Assembly: GCA_963514005.1 (NCBI GenBank)
Contig: OY740782.1
Span: 150,784,001-150,848,000, forward strand
Origin: Raja brachyura
Lineage: Eukaryota
Direction of reading: 5' to 3'
DNA length: 64,000 nucleotides
Part shown: piece by piece, positions 61,641 through 64,000 of the stretch
Layout of the letters: each line of letters starts with the position of its first letter
Numbering within the stretch: the stretch's first letter is position 1
Notes under the pieces: generated by a model
Database searches by the model: none
The model's input: the letters and a program-made list of their open reading frames with translations, nothing else
What the model was told of the DNA's origin: nothing
Program-made: the position numbers and the translations under genes

Positions 61641-62669
61641 CAGCCTCATCACGCACAACCAGGCCAAGATCATCATAGGTCAGCTTCAGGCTACTTTACT
61701 TCCATCCGATAACTGAATACACATATTACATGTTGATACAAGTCTCCCGCCTCACACTATCCTCAGCCTTTCAGGCAGAACATGGTTTCCTTCACATTGA
61801 CATTCGGGTATTGACAGTTCTGGGAGACGTGACGAGAAGTTTATTAAAGAGTGAGTTAGTATGGAGAGAGCGCTGGGTCAAGGAACTCCCCTCTCCCCAT
61901 TCCAGCCTTCGGAATGTTTGCACAAACTACCAGTTCTGGATTTCTTTACCTGAAGTGAACGTGGATATAATCTCCATTATATTATCAAATGACGAGCAGA
62001 AAACCATCTGAAACATTCACCATGCTTTTGAATCGGTTGAAGATTTGCATGGTGCACGGCCTAATTCTGTACTGCGTTGGTCGGGACAATTAGATGCTGT
62101 TTCTGTCTGTCAGTGTTCTAATCTGGGACTTCTATTTCTGAGATTATTTACATCAATGCGTCGGTCACGTCCAGCTGCGCTCACATCTAAAATAAACACA
62201 AAAAACAATGTTCCTCAATGTGTTTTTCGCAACTGACCAGAGGGATTCTTTTCTGGCCACTGGCAGCAATAGTAAAATGACCTGAGATTTCCCAGACAGG
62301 ATTATCAGGTTTTATTTTGTGCAAAGGGGACTTCCCTGCAATACGATGGCAGAGAATAACGCGGCGTTTGTGTGAGGGCAATGCAAGTATGCGACACCAC
62401 TTCTGGAGAGCAGGCTGCTCTTCCACAATGTCCATTTGCAAGAGGATTGAAACCATTTGAACTCAGCACCTTTCATCTTGACCAAAGGACACTCGGACTG
62501 ACACAAACATGCCGCATTATTTAACGTCCACAGATTTAACTGCAAAACGTTTACATTTCAAGATTGAAAATTGAAACATTTCAGATTGGGTCACAATATG
62601 TACTTTCCACAGTCTCAATGTCCTAAATAACCCCACAGCCACTCCGAGCTTTAAAAATGCTTCCCTGAG

Positions 62670-63655
62670 CAGAATTTACCATATATATTAATGATTTGGA
62701 AGAGGGAATTAGGAGCAACACTAGCAAGTTTGCGGATGACACAAAGCTGGGTGGCAGTGTGAACTGTGAAGAGGATGTTAGGAGGTTGCAGGGTGACCTG
62801 GACAGGTTGAGTGAGTGGCAGATGCGTGGCAGATGCAGTATAATATCGATAAATGTGAGGTTACCCACTTTGGTGGCAAAATCAAGGGGGCAGATTATTA
62901 TCTCAATGGGGTTAGGTTAGGTAAGGGTGAGGTGCAGCAAGAACTGGATGTCCTTGTACACCGGTCACTGAAAGTTGGCTTACAGGTACAGCAGGCAGTG
63001 AAGAAAGCTAATGGAATGTTGGCCTTCATAACAAGAGGATTTCAGTATAGGAGTAAAGAGGTTCTTCTGCAGTTGTATTGGGCTCTGGTGAGACCACATC
63101 TGGAGTATTGTGTACAGTTTTGCTCTCCTAATTTGAGGAAGGACATCCTTGTGATTGAGGCAGTGCAGCGTAGGTTCACGAGATTGATCCCTGGGATGGT
63201 GGGACTGTCATATGAGGAAAGATTGAAAAGACTAGGCTTGTATTCACTGGAGTTTAGAAGGATGAGGGGGGATCTTATAGAAACATATAAATTTATAAAA
63301 GGACTGGACAAGCTAGAGGCAGGAAAAATGTTCCCAATGTTGGGCGAGACCAGAACCAAGGGCCACAGTCTTAGAATAAAGGGGAGGTCATTTAAGACTG
63401 AGGTGAGAAAAAACATTTTCACCCAGAGAGTTGTGAATGTGTGGAATTCCCTGCCACAGAGGGCAGTTGAGGCCAAGTCACTGGATCGATTTAAGAGAGA
63501 GTTAGATAGAGCTCCAGGGGCTAGTGGAATCAAGGAATATGGGGAGAAGGCAGGCACGGGTTATTGATTGGGGACGATCAGCCATGATCACCATGAATGG
63601 CAGTGCTGGCTCGAGGGACCGAATGGCCTCCTCCTGCACCTATTTTCTATGTTTC
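62670..63655 (+). mobile_element. CR1 3' part
   Basis: 250-aa ORF 62815-63567. Confidence 0.9.
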
Positions 63656-63714
63656 CACTGAGTTGGATGATCGGCTATGCTCACAGTGAGTGGCGGTGCT
63701 GGCTCGAAGGGCTG

Positions 63715-64000
63715 AATAGAAACATAGAAAATAGGTACACGAGTAGGCCATTCGGCCCTTCGAACCTGTACCACCATTCAATATGATCATGGCTGATCAT
63801 CCAACTCAGTATCCCTTACCTGCCTTCTCTCCATACCCCTGATCCCTTTAGCCACAAGGGCCACATCTAACTCCCTCTTAAATATAGCCAATGAACTGCC
63901 CTAAACTACCTTCTATGGCAGAGAATTCCACAGACTCATCACTCGCAGTGTGAAAAATGTCTTTCTCATCTCGGTCTTAAAAGATTTCCCCCTGATCCTT
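63715..64000 (-). mobile_element. CR1 3' end (runs off the window)
   Basis: Near-identical to 6700-6990 and 25600-25880. Confidence 0.88.

Noticed and set aside
62187-62545. Cys/His-containing ORFs as a B-box or zinc-finger exon
   Set aside because: Ligand spacing does not fit and there is no splice-site support

Overview
Vertebrate genomic DNA, very likely from a cartilaginous fish (skate/ray-like; inferred from the Ig cluster layout and repeat content). The only cellular gene is one complete cluster-type IgM heavy-chain minilocus on the minus strand (about 15.2-27.5 kb): leader, VH, D, JH, CH1-CH4/secretory tail, TM1, TM2. It has several unusual traits. The VH appears already fused in the genome to the 3' end of D1 (VD1-D2-J, still recombinable under the 12/23 rule). 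CH2 carries a 1-nt frameshift while the other C exons are intact. VH has Leu at the conserved Trp41 position, and TM1 ends in a GC splice donor. The JH-CH1 intron holds an inverted duplication of a CRE-like plus perfect octamer module (candidate intronic enhancer), and a cluster of CTCF-like motifs lies about 14.6 kb 3' of TM2. The rest is a dense, nested set of decayed transposons (CR1, Rex1/Babar, L2/Crack, L1, Penelope-like, Helitron-like, hAT, V-SINE), simple repeats and three N gaps. Nearly all long ORFs in the track are LINE ORF2 fragments or low-complexity artefacts. TE boundaries are approximate and were read by eye.
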